14,321 nt of DNA from Fibrobacterales bacterium (GCA_051532055.1 JAOPTX010000061.1:1-14321), one strand, 5' to 3'; counted from the first letter of the stretch, positions 1-8,868 are shown. The notes: generated by a model not told the origin, from the letters alone. Translations and numbers: made by a program.

Positions 1-137
1 CTGCAAAAAATGTAGATGAAATTGTTGAAGAACTCAGAAGTGGAAATTTAAAGAATATAGCAGAGCGTTCATGCCGTGAACAAGATAAAGATGATGGTGG
101 TGGACTTGAAACTCTAAGAAAAGATGGGTACATGTAA
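1..137 (+). CDS. cysD: Sulfate adenylyltransferase subunit 2, 3' end only (partial)
   Basis: Frame 3 reads [44 protein letters not shown], matching the CysD C-terminal ER-x-x-R-x-x-D...L-x-x-x-GY(F/M) signature. Its TAA (135-137) overlaps the cysN ATG (TAATG). Not in the ORF track. Confidence 0.92.
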   Translation, partial: AKNVDEIVEELRSGNLKNIAERSCREQDKDDGGGLETLRKDGYM

Positions 138-1930
138 TGACACAGATAGATGATAAAAAAGCACAGTTAAATGTTGTAATTGCAGGTCACGTAGACCATG
201 GTAAAAGTACTATTATCGGCCGACTTCTGGCTGATACGAATTCTCTCCCGGACGGAAAGATTGAGCAAATTCGTGCAAACTGTGAACGTGATTCAAAGCC
301 TTTTGAATATGCATTCCTTTTAGATGCCCTTAAAGATGAACAGTCACAAGGTATTACTATTGATGTTGCCCGCTGTTTTTTCAATACCGACAAACGAAAC
401 TATATCATTCTTGATGCGCCAGGGCATATTGAATTTTTAAAGAATATGGTGACCGGTGCTGCTCGTGCAGAAGCCGCCTTTGTGGTGATTGATGCTAAAG
501 AGGGTATTCAGGAAAATTCAAAACGCCATGGGTATCTCATGTCGATGCTGGGAATAAAACAAATTGTGGTTTTGGTAAACAAAATCGACCTTGTAGATTA
601 TTCTGAGGATGTATTTGAGTCAATTAAAGCAGAGTATATTGATTTTCTCAAAAGATTCAATATTTCAGAAGCAACCTTTGTACCAGTGAGTGGAATGGAA
701 GGGGTGAATATCTCAAGTCATTCTGAGAAAACACCATGGTACACGGGTAAGACTGTTCTTGATCAGCTTGATTCGTTTGATAATAAAGCGGTTTCGAAAG
801 ATGAAGCCTTTAGGTTTCCTGTACAAGATATCTACAAATTTACTCGTAATAATGATGATCGTCGTATTATTGCCGGTACAGTAGAAACAGGTACCGTTAC
901 TGTTGGTGATAAGGTTACTTTTTATCCTTCGGGAAAAAGTACTCACATTAAATCTATTGAAATGTTTAATGCACCCATTAGAACCACAGCACAAGCTGAT
1001 GATGCTATTGGTTTTCAAATGACTGACCAGATCTATATTAAACCTGGTGAGCTCATGGTAAAAGAGCACGATAAAGCACCACTTGTTGGTCGTAAATTTC
1101 AAGCAAATATTTTCTGGCTTGCACGCCAATCCATGGAGTTTAATAAAGAGTATAAACTCAAAATAGGTACCGCTTCTCATCAAGTACGGCTGACCTCTAT
1201 TATCAATGCAATTGATGCGACAGAAAATGCAGGTGATGCTGGAGTAAAAAGCGCTATAGAGCGCCATGATATTGCAACGGTTGAATTTGAGTCTACTACT
1301 GCGGTAGCATTTGATCTCGTTACTGAAGTTGAACAGACAGGACGGTTTGTTCTTGTAGATAACTATGAGATTTCTGGTGGCGGTGTCATTCTCGAGAAGA
1401 TTGAAGATGACGATGGCGAAAGTGCTAATGCTACTGAAGATTTCGAATGGCATAGAACTGCTCTTTCAAAGACTGAGCGTAAAAATAAAAATGGTCATGC
1501 AGCTGCAGCAATTGTATTGACAACCCCTGCTGGTAAAGACACTGATAGTGTTGGATATGCAGTGGAACGTGCTCTTTTTGAAAAGGGTATTCAGGTGACC
1601 TACCTCGGAATGCAGTTTGATAATAGTGAAGACAAATTTGTCAGTCATATTGAACGCATTCGAGCAGAGTATATCAATAAAATATACCGCTATGCACAAT
1701 TTGCTATTGAGTCAGGAACTGTATTTGTTACAGTGATTCCTAATGCTGAAAATTATGAAATAGAGCTCATAAAAGAGAAAATCAACACTGATGATCTACT
1801 GATTGTTAATATTGGAGATGCACTTATGAGTGAAAATCCATTGACAGTTCAGATAAGTGCAGGGCTTTCTATTGAGGCGACTACCGTAGAAGTATTGAAA
1901 GTTATTGAAGATAAACGCATATTGGAGTAA
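137..1930 (+). CDS. cysN: Sulfate adenylyltransferase subunit 1 (EF-Tu-like GTPase) with a degenerate C-terminal APS-kinase-like domain
   Basis: G-motifs [20 protein letters not shown] and NKID, plus TGRFVLVD. Lies directly after cysD. The last ~160 aa resemble CysC but lack the canonical P-loop. Confidence 0.93.
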   Translation: MTQIDDKKAQLNVVIAGHVDHGKSTIIGRLLADTNSLPDGKIEQIRANCERDSKPFEYAFLLDALKDEQSQGITIDVARCFFNTDKRNYIILDAPGHIEFLKNMVTGAARAEAAFVVIDAKEGIQENSKRHGYLMSMLGIKQIVVLVNKIDLVDYSEDVFESIKAEYIDFLKRFNISEATFVPVSGMEGVNISSHSEKTPWYTGKTVLDQLDSFDNKAVSKDEAFRFPVQDIYKFTRNNDDRRIIAGTVETGTVTVGDKVTFYPSGKSTHIKSIEMFNAPIRTTAQADDAIGFQMTDQIYIKPGELMVKEHDKAPLVGRKFQANIFWLARQSMEFNKEYKLKIGTASHQVRLTSIINAIDATENAGDAGVKSAIERHDIATVEFESTTAVAFDLVTEVEQTGRFVLVDNYEISGGGVILEKIEDDDGESANATEDFEWHRTALSKTERKNKNGHAAAAIVLTTPAGKDTDSVGYAVERALFEKGIQVTYLGMQFDNSEDKFVSHIERIRAEYINKIYRYAQFAIESGTVFVTVIPNAENYEIELIKEKINTDDLLIVNIGDALMSENPLTVQISAGLSIEATTVEVLKVIEDKRILE

Positions 1931-1933
1931 CCA

Positions 1934-2167
1934 ATGATGGATTCTCGCGCGAGAAGTATTGTTAAATCACTAAGTTGGCGGATTATTGCCTTTGTCACAA
2001 CAACGACCATAGCTTGGCTCGTTACTGGTGAAATGGAATTTGGTTTAACTATTGGACTCTTTGATTTTCTTATCAAATTTGGTCTCTACTATATGCATGA
2101 ACGCTCTTGGGAAAAAGTAAAGTTTGGGCGTAACCAGCCTACTTACTCCGAAGGTGGAGGTATTTAA
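1934..2167 (+). CDS. DUF2061 family small membrane protein
   Basis: RSIVKSLSWR ... YYMHERSW motifs around hydrophobic segments. The family is often found in cys clusters. Stop overlaps the next ATG (TAATG). Confidence 0.85.
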   Translation: MMDSRARSIVKSLSWRIIAFVTTTTIAWLVTGEMEFGLTIGLFDFLIKFGLYYMHERSWEKVKFGRNQPTYSEGGGI

Positions 2168-3411
2168 TGTCAGAAAAATACGATATACAGACTCGGTTTG
2201 TACATTCAGCAGATCGTTCTCTTGATCAGACAGGTGGAACAGGATTTCCTATCTATCAAACAGCGTCATATTCCTATGATACTGCTGAAGAGATAGAAGA
2301 TGCTTTCGCTGGAAATGGTGGCTTTAGTTATTCACGTTCGAGTAATCCGAGTAATCAGTTTCTTGAAAACCGTGTGAATGAGTTAGAAGATGGTGTTGGA
2401 GCAGTATGCTTCTCATCGGGAATGGCTGCAATTAATAATGTGATATTGGATTTGGCTGCAAGTGGCGATGAGATAATTTCTAGCAGGAGTGTATTTGGGG
2501 GAACCTACATATTTTTTCAAGGAGCTCTTGAACGATCGGGAATAAATACGAAATTTTTTAATGTTACCAAACCAGAAGAAATTGATGCACTTGTAACAGA
2601 AAAGACAAAACTCATCTTCATTGAATCTATAGCCAACCCGGTTATGGAGATTGCAGATATGGAGAAGCTCTCGGCAATTGCCAAGAAGCATGACCTCCCT
2701 CTGGTGATTGATAACACTGCAACGACACCACTCTTATTTCAAGCGAAATATTTTGGTGCGGATATCATCATACATTCAGCAACTAAATTCATGAGTGGCC
2801 ATGGTAATGCTATTGGCGGTGTGGTGGTTGATTCAGGAACCTATAACTGGGATAATGGTAAGTTTCCACATATTGCTCAATTTATAGAGAGCGATAAGGA
2901 AAAAGCATTTATTGTTTCATTGCGTAAGGTGATTTATAAGCATCTCGGAAGTTGTCTTTCTCCATTTAACTGTTTTCTTATCTCAATGGGCATTGAAAGC
3001 CTTGGGGTTCGCATGGAGCGTCAGTGTGATAATGCGGCTGCAGTTGCTCAATTTTTCGAGTCTCACGAACGGGTATCAGATGTTCTGTATCCTGGACTTG
3101 AGTCTCATCCACAGCATGCATTAGCCCAAAAACAATTTGGTGGTCGCTTTGGTGCCATTCTTTCAATTAAGCTTGGCTCAAAAGAGAAATGTTACACTTT
3201 TATCAATAACTTGAAGCTTGCAAGAAATGCAACAAACCTTGGTGATGCTAAAACATTAGTGATACATGTCGCCTCAACTATTTCTCGTAACACCCCATTT
3301 GATGAACGTCAGATAATGGGTGTGACTGATGATCTTATTCGGTTTTCAGTAGGCCTCGAAAAGGCTGAAGATTTGATTGCTGATATGCGGCAGGCATTGG
3401 AGAAAATTTAA
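2167..3411 (+). CDS. metY: O-acetyl/O-succinylhomoserine sulfhydrylase (MetY/MetZ-like, Cys/Met PLP family)
   Basis: PIYQTASY, YSRSSNP, SSGMAAI, IDNT, HSATKFMSGHG (PLP lysine), NLGDAKTLVIH and IRFSVGLE. SD GGAGGT at 2156-2161. MetY versus MetZ specificity cannot be resolved by eye. Confidence 0.85.
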   Translation: MSEKYDIQTRFVHSADRSLDQTGGTGFPIYQTASYSYDTAEEIEDAFAGNGGFSYSRSSNPSNQFLENRVNELEDGVGAVCFSSGMAAINNVILDLAASGDEIISSRSVFGGTYIFFQGALERSGINTKFFNVTKPEEIDALVTEKTKLIFIESIANPVMEIADMEKLSAIAKKHDLPLVIDNTATTPLLFQAKYFGADIIIHSATKFMSGHGNAIGGVVVDSGTYNWDNGKFPHIAQFIESDKEKAFIVSLRKVIYKHLGSCLSPFNCFLISMGIESLGVRMERQCDNAAAVAQFFESHERVSDVLYPGLESHPQHALAQKQFGGRFGAILSIKLGSKEKCYTFINNLKLARNATNLGDAKTLVIHVASTISRNTPFDERQIMGVTDDLIRFSVGLEKAEDLIADMRQALEKI

Positions 3412-3452
3412 ATCACGTTTTAGCGGTAATAAACGTGGTGAATGGTAACACT

Positions 3453-4250
3453 ATGAATTTAACTGAATCTCAAATAGAACGGTATTCGCGTCACATCCTT
3501 CTCAATGAAGTTGGTGTTGAAGGTCAAGAAAAACTCTTAAATGCGAAAGTTCTTCTCGTTGGAGCTGGTGGTCTTGGATCACCCAATGCACTCTATCTTG
3601 GGGCAGCTGGTGTTGGGACTATTGGGATTATGGATGATGATGTTGTTGATCTGAGTAATTTACAGAGACAAATTATTCATAGTACTGCAGAAATTGGAAG
3701 ACCAAAAGCAGAGTCTGCCCGGAATTCAATTGAAGAGATTAACCCTGATGTTACTGTTATAACTTTTGATGAACGTCTGACTCCTGATAATGCCGAACAT
3801 ATTTTTAATCAATTTGATTTTGTTATTGATGGGACGGATAACTTTGCCTCAAAATTTTTAATTGCTGATGCCGCTCATTTTACAAGCACACCATATTCGA
3901 ATGGTGGTATACTTCAGTTTACGGGCCAAAGTCTGACGGTAATTCCGGGTGAGACTGCATGTTATCGCTGTCTTTACAAAGAACCCCCTCCCAAAGATCA
4001 GACACCTACCTGTGCTGAAGCGGGGGTACTTGGAGTATTGGCAGGAGTGATAGGGAGTATTCAGGCGACTGAAGCTATTAAATTTTTATTAGGAGAGGGT
4101 GAGCTTTTGACAAATCGTCTTTTGAGTTATGATGCACTTGCTATGCGTTTTAGCCAATTTAAGATTAAGAAAGATTCCTTGTGCCCGCTCTGTGGAGATT
4201 CTCCTATAATTACTGCATTAAGTCTTGCTGAAAATAAGTGTGACTTGTAG
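3453..4250 (+). CDS. ThiF/MoeB/HesA family (E1-like) adenylyltransferase, HcyF-like
   Basis: RYSRHI, GAGGLGS, SNLQRQ, DGTDN, zinc pairs CYRC and CPLC, and PTCAEAGVLG. No rhodanese domain. ATG 3453 is preferred over the GTG 3435 in the ORF track. Confidence 0.9.
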   Translation: MNLTESQIERYSRHILLNEVGVEGQEKLLNAKVLLVGAGGLGSPNALYLGAAGVGTIGIMDDDVVDLSNLQRQIIHSTAEIGRPKAESARNSIEEINPDVTVITFDERLTPDNAEHIFNQFDFVIDGTDNFASKFLIADAAHFTSTPYSNGGILQFTGQSLTVIPGETACYRCLYKEPPPKDQTPTCAEAGVLGVLAGVIGSIQATEAIKFLLGEGELLTNRLLSYDALAMRFSQFKIKKDSLCPLCGDSPIITALSLAENKCDL

Positions 4251-4772
4251 ATGGATGAGTCTAATGAGACATTTTTACCCATAATGATGCGGAGCACTCA
4301 TTTAAGAGTGGTTGTAATTGGAGGGGGAAATGTAGCCCTCAGAAAGGTTACAGGCCTTCTGGGTAAAGTAGGGATTATCACGGTTATAGCTCCTGAAATA
4401 AAGGAAGAGTTTACTGAGATGTCTGAGGTGGAATGTATTAAAAGACCCTATAAAAAAGGGGATTTAAAAGGATATGATTTGCTCTATGGAGCAGTTGATA
4501 ATCCGGCAGTAACAGATGAAATTTGTGAAGAGGCAAAAGAGCATATACGGCTTATTTGCAACTTTGTAGATAAGCCAGACAGAAGTGATTTTTATACTCC
4601 AGCTACCATACAAAAAGATGATCTAATGATATCTTTAAGTAGTGGAGGAAAGGCACCTGGCTTACTGCCTGAACTTAAAAAAGAAATTATAAATACCATA
4701 GATCTCGATAATTGGAACAAGAAAATTATCAGCTATGAACAACAAAGGAGAGAAGGCCATGGTAACCTATAA
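4251..4772 (+). CDS. Precorrin-2 dehydrogenase / sirohydrochlorin ferrochelatase (SirC/Met8/CysG N-terminal type)
   Basis: FLPI N-terminus, Rossmann motif VVVIGGGNVALRK, CNFVDKP..SDFYTPA and ISLSSGGKAP. Abuts the ThiF stop and overlaps the sulfite reductase start. Confidence 0.88.
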   Translation: MDESNETFLPIMMRSTHLRVVVIGGGNVALRKVTGLLGKVGIITVIAPEIKEEFTEMSEVECIKRPYKKGDLKGYDLLYGAVDNPAVTDEICEEAKEHIRLICNFVDKPDRSDFYTPATIQKDDLMISLSSGGKAPGLLPELKKEIINTIDLDNWNKKIISYEQQRREGHGNL

Positions 4773-6834
4773 GCTTCCTCAAGAACATGATTCAATAATA
4801 GAAGAATTCGATAAAAGAATAGACTCTTTTAAAGCTGGTGAATTGAATGATATCGCTTTTAAAGGTATTCGTGTAGCAAATGGTGTTTACGAACAACGTA
4901 AACCAGAAACATACATGCTCCGTATTAGAAATGCGGGGTGTTTGGTGACTCCTGCACAATTGAAAAGAGTTTCTGAGTTGTCGGCTCAGTATGGTTCAGA
5001 AGAGTTTCATGCTACAACCCGTGGTGAACTTCAGCTTCACTATGTAACTATTGAAAATCTTACCGAAGTAAATAAGCGCCTCGCAGAAGTTAATCTTTCA
5101 GCGAAAGGTGGTGGCGGTAATACCATTCGTAATATTATGGTTCCCGAAGATTCTGGTGTAAAAGCGGGAGAAATATTTGATGTAACTCCATACGCAGTAG
5201 AATTAACTAATAGAATGATTGTAGAGAAAGACTCTTGGGAGCTTCCTCGGAAAGTGAAAATTGCTTTTTCTAATGATGAGCACGACTCTATTAAAGCCTG
5301 TGTGACCTGTCTTGGGTTTGTTGCTCAAATGAAAGGTGACCAAAAAGGTTTTAAAGTTTATGTCGGTGGCGGAATGGGTTCACGCCCTATCCCAGGCAAA
5401 GTACTCTATGATTTTGTTAATGACGATGAAGTGTACGAGATTACTAAGGCAATTAAGAACCTTTTTGATAAAAAAGGAAATCGTAAAAACCGTAATCAAG
5501 CGCGTATTAAATTTCTAGTGGATAAACTAGGTATCGATGGGTTCCGTGAATCTCTTGCAGAAGAGCGTGCAGCGATCAAAGGATGTGACCCACTTGAATT
5601 GACCGATTTTGAATTTAAAAAAGTTGATGTTGCCCTTGAAGCTGCAACTGTAGAAGGTGAAGCTTTTGAACTTTGGAAAGAGCGTTATGTAGATACTCAA
5701 AAGCAAGAAGGGTATGTAACCATTAAGTTACCTCTCTATCTTGGTGACATCTATAATGATGATGGTGTTCGTCTTTCAGATTTTATGGCTCATTTTGGTG
5801 AAGATGTTATTCGTATCTCTATTCGCCAAAATCTACATCTCAGAAATATACCAGCAGAATATGTCGGTAATGTCTATGAATTTATGAAAACAATGACGTC
5901 ACTTTTTGATAGTTCTGAAGTTGTGGGTAATATCGTGACTTGTACTGGTGCCGATACCTGTAAGCTTGGTCTGTGCTTGCCTCGCCGTGTACAACCAGAA
6001 ATTATTAAAATTTTAAATGATAGTGACCTTGAACTTGATAAACTGAAAGATGTGAAGATACATATTTCTGGATGTCCAAATTCGTGTGGTGTACACCACA
6101 TGGCAGACCTTGGCTTTTTTGGTAAAGCGGTGCGTAAAGAGGGTAAAATGTACCCTGGGTATAATGTTATCGGTGGTGCAAAAATTAGCAATGGACTTGC
6201 TGAGTTCGCTCAAAAAATTGGCGTTATACCTTCTAAGAATATGCCTGAGTTTATTAGAGCTCTTCTCGGAAAATTTCTCGAAGATACTGATGGTCAAAAA
6301 GATTTTGGTGATTGGTTCCTCGAAGGTGAAGGCGCAGTTGTAAAAGGTCTTCTCGAAACATTTGGCGAAGCACCAACATACGAAGAGGATGCCTCATACT
6401 ACCGAGATTGGAGCGCAACAGAAGATTTCAGTATTTTGAAAGGTCAGAAGGCTGAATGTGCTGCTTCAATTTTTGATATGATTGATGTTGATAAGAGAGA
6501 TATGAATGTCATTGTCAAAAAGTTAAATGCAGGTGGAGAACTTGATCTTGGTAATGAGATATATAATCTCGTATTTGCTACTTCACGTATGCTTTTAGTT
6601 ACCAGAAGTATCGAAGCAAATACTCCTGATGAAGTATTTACTGGATTCATTCGGGCTTTTATCAGTGTAGAGCTTATTGAAGAAAAGTATAAGTCACTTG
6701 TTGAACTGGCAAAAGCTGGCGATAAGGCAGGATTAGCCTTAGAGCAAGAGAGTGCGATAGCACTTGCTCAAGAGGTTATTGAGCTTTATGGAACAATGGA
6801 CGATTCACTTAAATTTGCTATTGCAAAAGATTAA
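4759..6834 (+). CDS. sir: Ferredoxin-dependent sulfite/nitrite reductase (siroheme-[4Fe-4S]) with C-terminal helical extension
   Basis: GVYEQR, YMLRIR, HATTRGELQLH, LPRKVKIAF, and cluster ligands CTGADTC and GCPNSCG. SD AAGGAG at 4745-4750 favours ATG 4759 over 4735. The cys operon context indicates sulfite as substrate. Confidence 0.9.
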   Translation: MVTYKLPQEHDSIIEEFDKRIDSFKAGELNDIAFKGIRVANGVYEQRKPETYMLRIRNAGCLVTPAQLKRVSELSAQYGSEEFHATTRGELQLHYVTIENLTEVNKRLAEVNLSAKGGGGNTIRNIMVPEDSGVKAGEIFDVTPYAVELTNRMIVEKDSWELPRKVKIAFSNDEHDSIKACVTCLGFVAQMKGDQKGFKVYVGGGMGSRPIPGKVLYDFVNDDEVYEITKAIKNLFDKKGNRKNRNQARIKFLVDKLGIDGFRESLAEERAAIKGCDPLELTDFEFKKVDVALEAATVEGEAFELWKERYVDTQKQEGYVTIKLPLYLGDIYNDDGVRLSDFMAHFGEDVIRISIRQNLHLRNIPAEYVGNVYEFMKTMTSLFDSSEVVGNIVTCTGADTCKLGLCLPRRVQPEIIKILNDSDLELDKLKDVKIHISGCPNSCGVHHMADLGFFGKAVRKEGKMYPGYNVIGGAKISNGLAEFAQKIGVIPSKNMPEFIRALLGKFLEDTDGQKDFGDWFLEGEGAVVKGLLETFGEAPTYEEDASYYRDWSATEDFSILKGQKAECAASIFDMIDVDKRDMNVIVKKLNAGGELDLGNEIYNLVFATSRMLLVTRSIEANTPDEVFTGFIRAFISVELIEEKYKSLVELAKAGDKAGLALEQESAIALAQEVIELYGTMDDSLKFAIAKD

Positions 6835-6841
6835 CTAAAAT

Positions 6842-6880
6842 GGGTGCTCTTTGTTTATGCAAAGAGCATTCCTCTTTTTT
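6842..6880 (+). terminator. Intrinsic terminator-like hairpin between sir and hydE
   Basis: TGCTCTTTG (6845-6853) pairs with CAAAGAGCA (6860-6868) and extends by G-U pairs. It is followed by CTCTTTTTT. Confidence 0.7.
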
Positions 6881-6889
6881 GGGGATTAA

Positions 6890-7996
6890 ATGTCTGCTAG
6901 AGAGATAATTAAAAACGAAAATTTTACTCGGGAAACAATCACCCGCCTTCTTCAAACAACAGACCCAGATGAACTGAAATATATACAGGAAGCTGCAGAG
7001 TTTGCTGTTATTGATCATTGTGGTGAAGCGGTCCATTATCGGGGCTTGATTGAATTTTCAAATATTTGTCATCTGGATTGTTACTACTGCGGTATCCGTA
7101 AGAGTAATACAAAAGTTGAACGCTTTTTACTTGAAGAGAAGGAAGTGGTTGACTTAGCGATTTGGTGTGCTGAAAATGGCTATGGGTCAGTTGTATTACA
7201 ATCTGGAGAACGCAAAGATCGGAAGTTTGTCGATAGTGTGATTCGCATGGTTATAGAAATTAAGAAACAGACTGTTTCTGAAAAACTCCCTGAAGGCCTT
7301 GGTATTACACTCTGTGTGGGTGAACACCCCAAAGAGGTTTATCAAGAATTTTATGATGCAGGTGCTCACCGGTACTTATTGCGGATCGAGTCAACAACTC
7401 AAGAGGTATTTGATTCGATGCACCCGGATAATCAGAAACTTTCTGAACGGATGGAGTGTCTCACTTGGCTCAGAGAAGTAGGCTTTCAGGTTGGAACTGG
7501 TGTGATGTTTGGTATACCGGGGCAAACCTACGAAATGCTTGCTGATGATATTCTTTTTTTCCAAGAGCGTGATATCGATATGATTGGAATGGGGCCTTAT
7601 ATAGAACATAAGGCAACACCACTCCCTAACGATGGATCGCAGTTTCAAGTGAAAGGCGATGACCTCGTTCGGCTATCACTGTTGATGATTGCTGTTACTC
7701 GACTGGTTCTTAAAGATGTAAATATCGCAGCTACTACTGCTTTGCAAACAGTTGACCCACAAGGTCGTGAGAAAGGGTTAATGCATGGGGCTAATATCAT
7801 TATGCCACAGCTAACACCTACTGAACAACGCACTAAATATCTTCTCTATGAAGATAAGCCCTGTCAAGATGATACTGTAGAAGAGTGTAAGAGTTGTCTT
7901 GGGGGTAGAATACGTTCAGTAGAACGTATTGTTGCGCAGAACTCTTGGGGTGACTCACAGCACGCTATTAATCGTGGTGCTAAGGGAAAAAAATAG
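6890..7996 (+). CDS. hydE: [FeFe]-hydrogenase maturase HydE-type radical SAM enzyme (BioB-like TIM barrel)
   Basis: RGLIEFSNIC-HLD-CYYC (CxxxCxxC), VVLQSGE, YLLRIE, MIGMGPYI, ATTAL, GANIIMP, YxxY (YLLY) and C-terminal Cx7Cx2C (7862-7897), as known for the second cluster of some HydE proteins. Confidence 0.85.
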   Translation: MSAREIIKNENFTRETITRLLQTTDPDELKYIQEAAEFAVIDHCGEAVHYRGLIEFSNICHLDCYYCGIRKSNTKVERFLLEEKEVVDLAIWCAENGYGSVVLQSGERKDRKFVDSVIRMVIEIKKQTVSEKLPEGLGITLCVGEHPKEVYQEFYDAGAHRYLLRIESTTQEVFDSMHPDNQKLSERMECLTWLREVGFQVGTGVMFGIPGQTYEMLADDILFFQERDIDMIGMGPYIEHKATPLPNDGSQFQVKGDDLVRLSLLMIAVTRLVLKDVNIAATTALQTVDPQGREKGLMHGANIIMPQLTPTEQRTKYLLYEDKPCQDDTVEECKSCLGGRIRSVERIVAQNSWGDSQHAINRGAKGKK

Positions 7997-8004
7997 AATC
8001 TTTG

Positions 8005-8037
8005 GAGTCTGAAAAATCACTATCGATTTTCAGACTC
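8005..8037. terminator. Hairpin between convergent hydE and DUF547 genes, probable shared terminator
   Basis: GAGTCTGAAAAATC / GATTTTCAGACTC form a 13-bp inverted repeat with one bulged A. U-tracts are weak on both sides. Confidence 0.6.
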
Positions 8038-8063
8038 TTATCGCTCTTGTAAACCTATAGAAT

Positions 8064-8780
8064 CTATTTACAAGTTCCACTATTCAAATTCCAGTCATAG
8101 TCCAACCATTCGATATCATTATGCTTAGTGTCGAGTATATTTTGTATAAACTTCAAGTAACTTCCGTGTTGTTTGTCAAAATCACTACCGTACCAATCAA
8201 ATATTTTGGAAAGGTATAGCTTGGTCCCTTTGATATAATTTTTTGATGGGTCTTTTAGAAAAGTGACAGCTTGGCTTTGAAGTTGTTGTGGGAGGTTTTG
8301 AGCAGTAAAGGCTTCATTTCTCAGGGGAGGGCATCCAATTGATGCACAAACAACAGCAAAATGAATACGGGGTTCATCAAATTCTTTTCGGATCATTTTA
8401 TGTTCGATATCATCAAGGGATACGTTGTTAAACCCTTTGAAGAGAGGAATAAATTCCTTGCTCCATGGTGAGCTGAATACTCCGCCAAGGTCTTTAATAC
8501 TTTTAACAGGGTAATTATCTACAATGAGTTTTAGGGTGTAGAAATTGTAGGCATTAATTAGGTAGGCTAATTTCTCAAGGTCAGGGAGCGTATGGTACTC
8601 TTTTTGAGTCAAATTGAAGTTTGGTTTCGCTTTGTCCAACAGCTTGTCACTGGCAAGATGGTTATAATCAACCGAGCCATTGCACACTGTTTCATTTAAG
8701 AGTGCATTGTATTCTGTAAAGGCAGGGGTGTAGCCAAATGAGAGGACTGTACTGACTAATATAATGTAGAGAAATTTCAT
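8064..8780 (-). CDS. DUF547 domain secreted protein
   Basis: LAYLINAYN, SIKDLG, LDDIEH, EPRIHFAVVCASIGCPPL, LSKIFDWY and YDWNLN. ATG 8780 gives a signal-peptide-like MKFLYIILVSTVLSFG. The ORF track start is 8834. Confidence 0.88.
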   Translation of the reverse strand: MKFLYIILVSTVLSFGYTPAFTEYNALLNETVCNGSVDYNHLASDKLLDKAKPNFNLTQKEYHTLPDLEKLAYLINAYNFYTLKLIVDNYPVKSIKDLGGVFSSPWSKEFIPLFKGFNNVSLDDIEHKMIRKEFDEPRIHFAVVCASIGCPPLRNEAFTAQNLPQQLQSQAVTFLKDPSKNYIKGTKLYLSKIFDWYGSDFDKQHGSYLKFIQNILDTKHNDIEWLDYDWNLNSGTCK

Positions 8781-8868
8781 TTTAAATCCAGGTAACTGTT
8801 GAATAAGGGTTAGTCTTTTATTGAAATGAGACATTACAGTATGAATGTACTATTTATGAAATTTATTT

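Noticed and set aside
63..86. CysD motif reads ERSCREQD rather than the more usual ERxGR
   Set aside because: A single substitution in a partial gene; significance cannot be judged without an alignment.
713..1453. 246-aa ORF on the - strand, plus other short antisense or alternate-frame ORFs inside cysN, metY, sir, hydE, the lipoprotein, hemerythrin and the fibro-slime gene
   Set aside because: They lie within well-supported genes, show no recognisable motifs and look like codon-bias shadows.
3412..3452. Possible hidden ThiS/HcyS sulfur-carrier gene between metY and thiF
   Set aside because: The gap is only ~41 nt, whereas a carrier needs about 200 nt.
6835..6889. Stop read-through or frameshift extending Sir into a TusA domain
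   Set aside because: The stop is TAA followed by a hairpin and then hydE. There is no space and no TusA motif.
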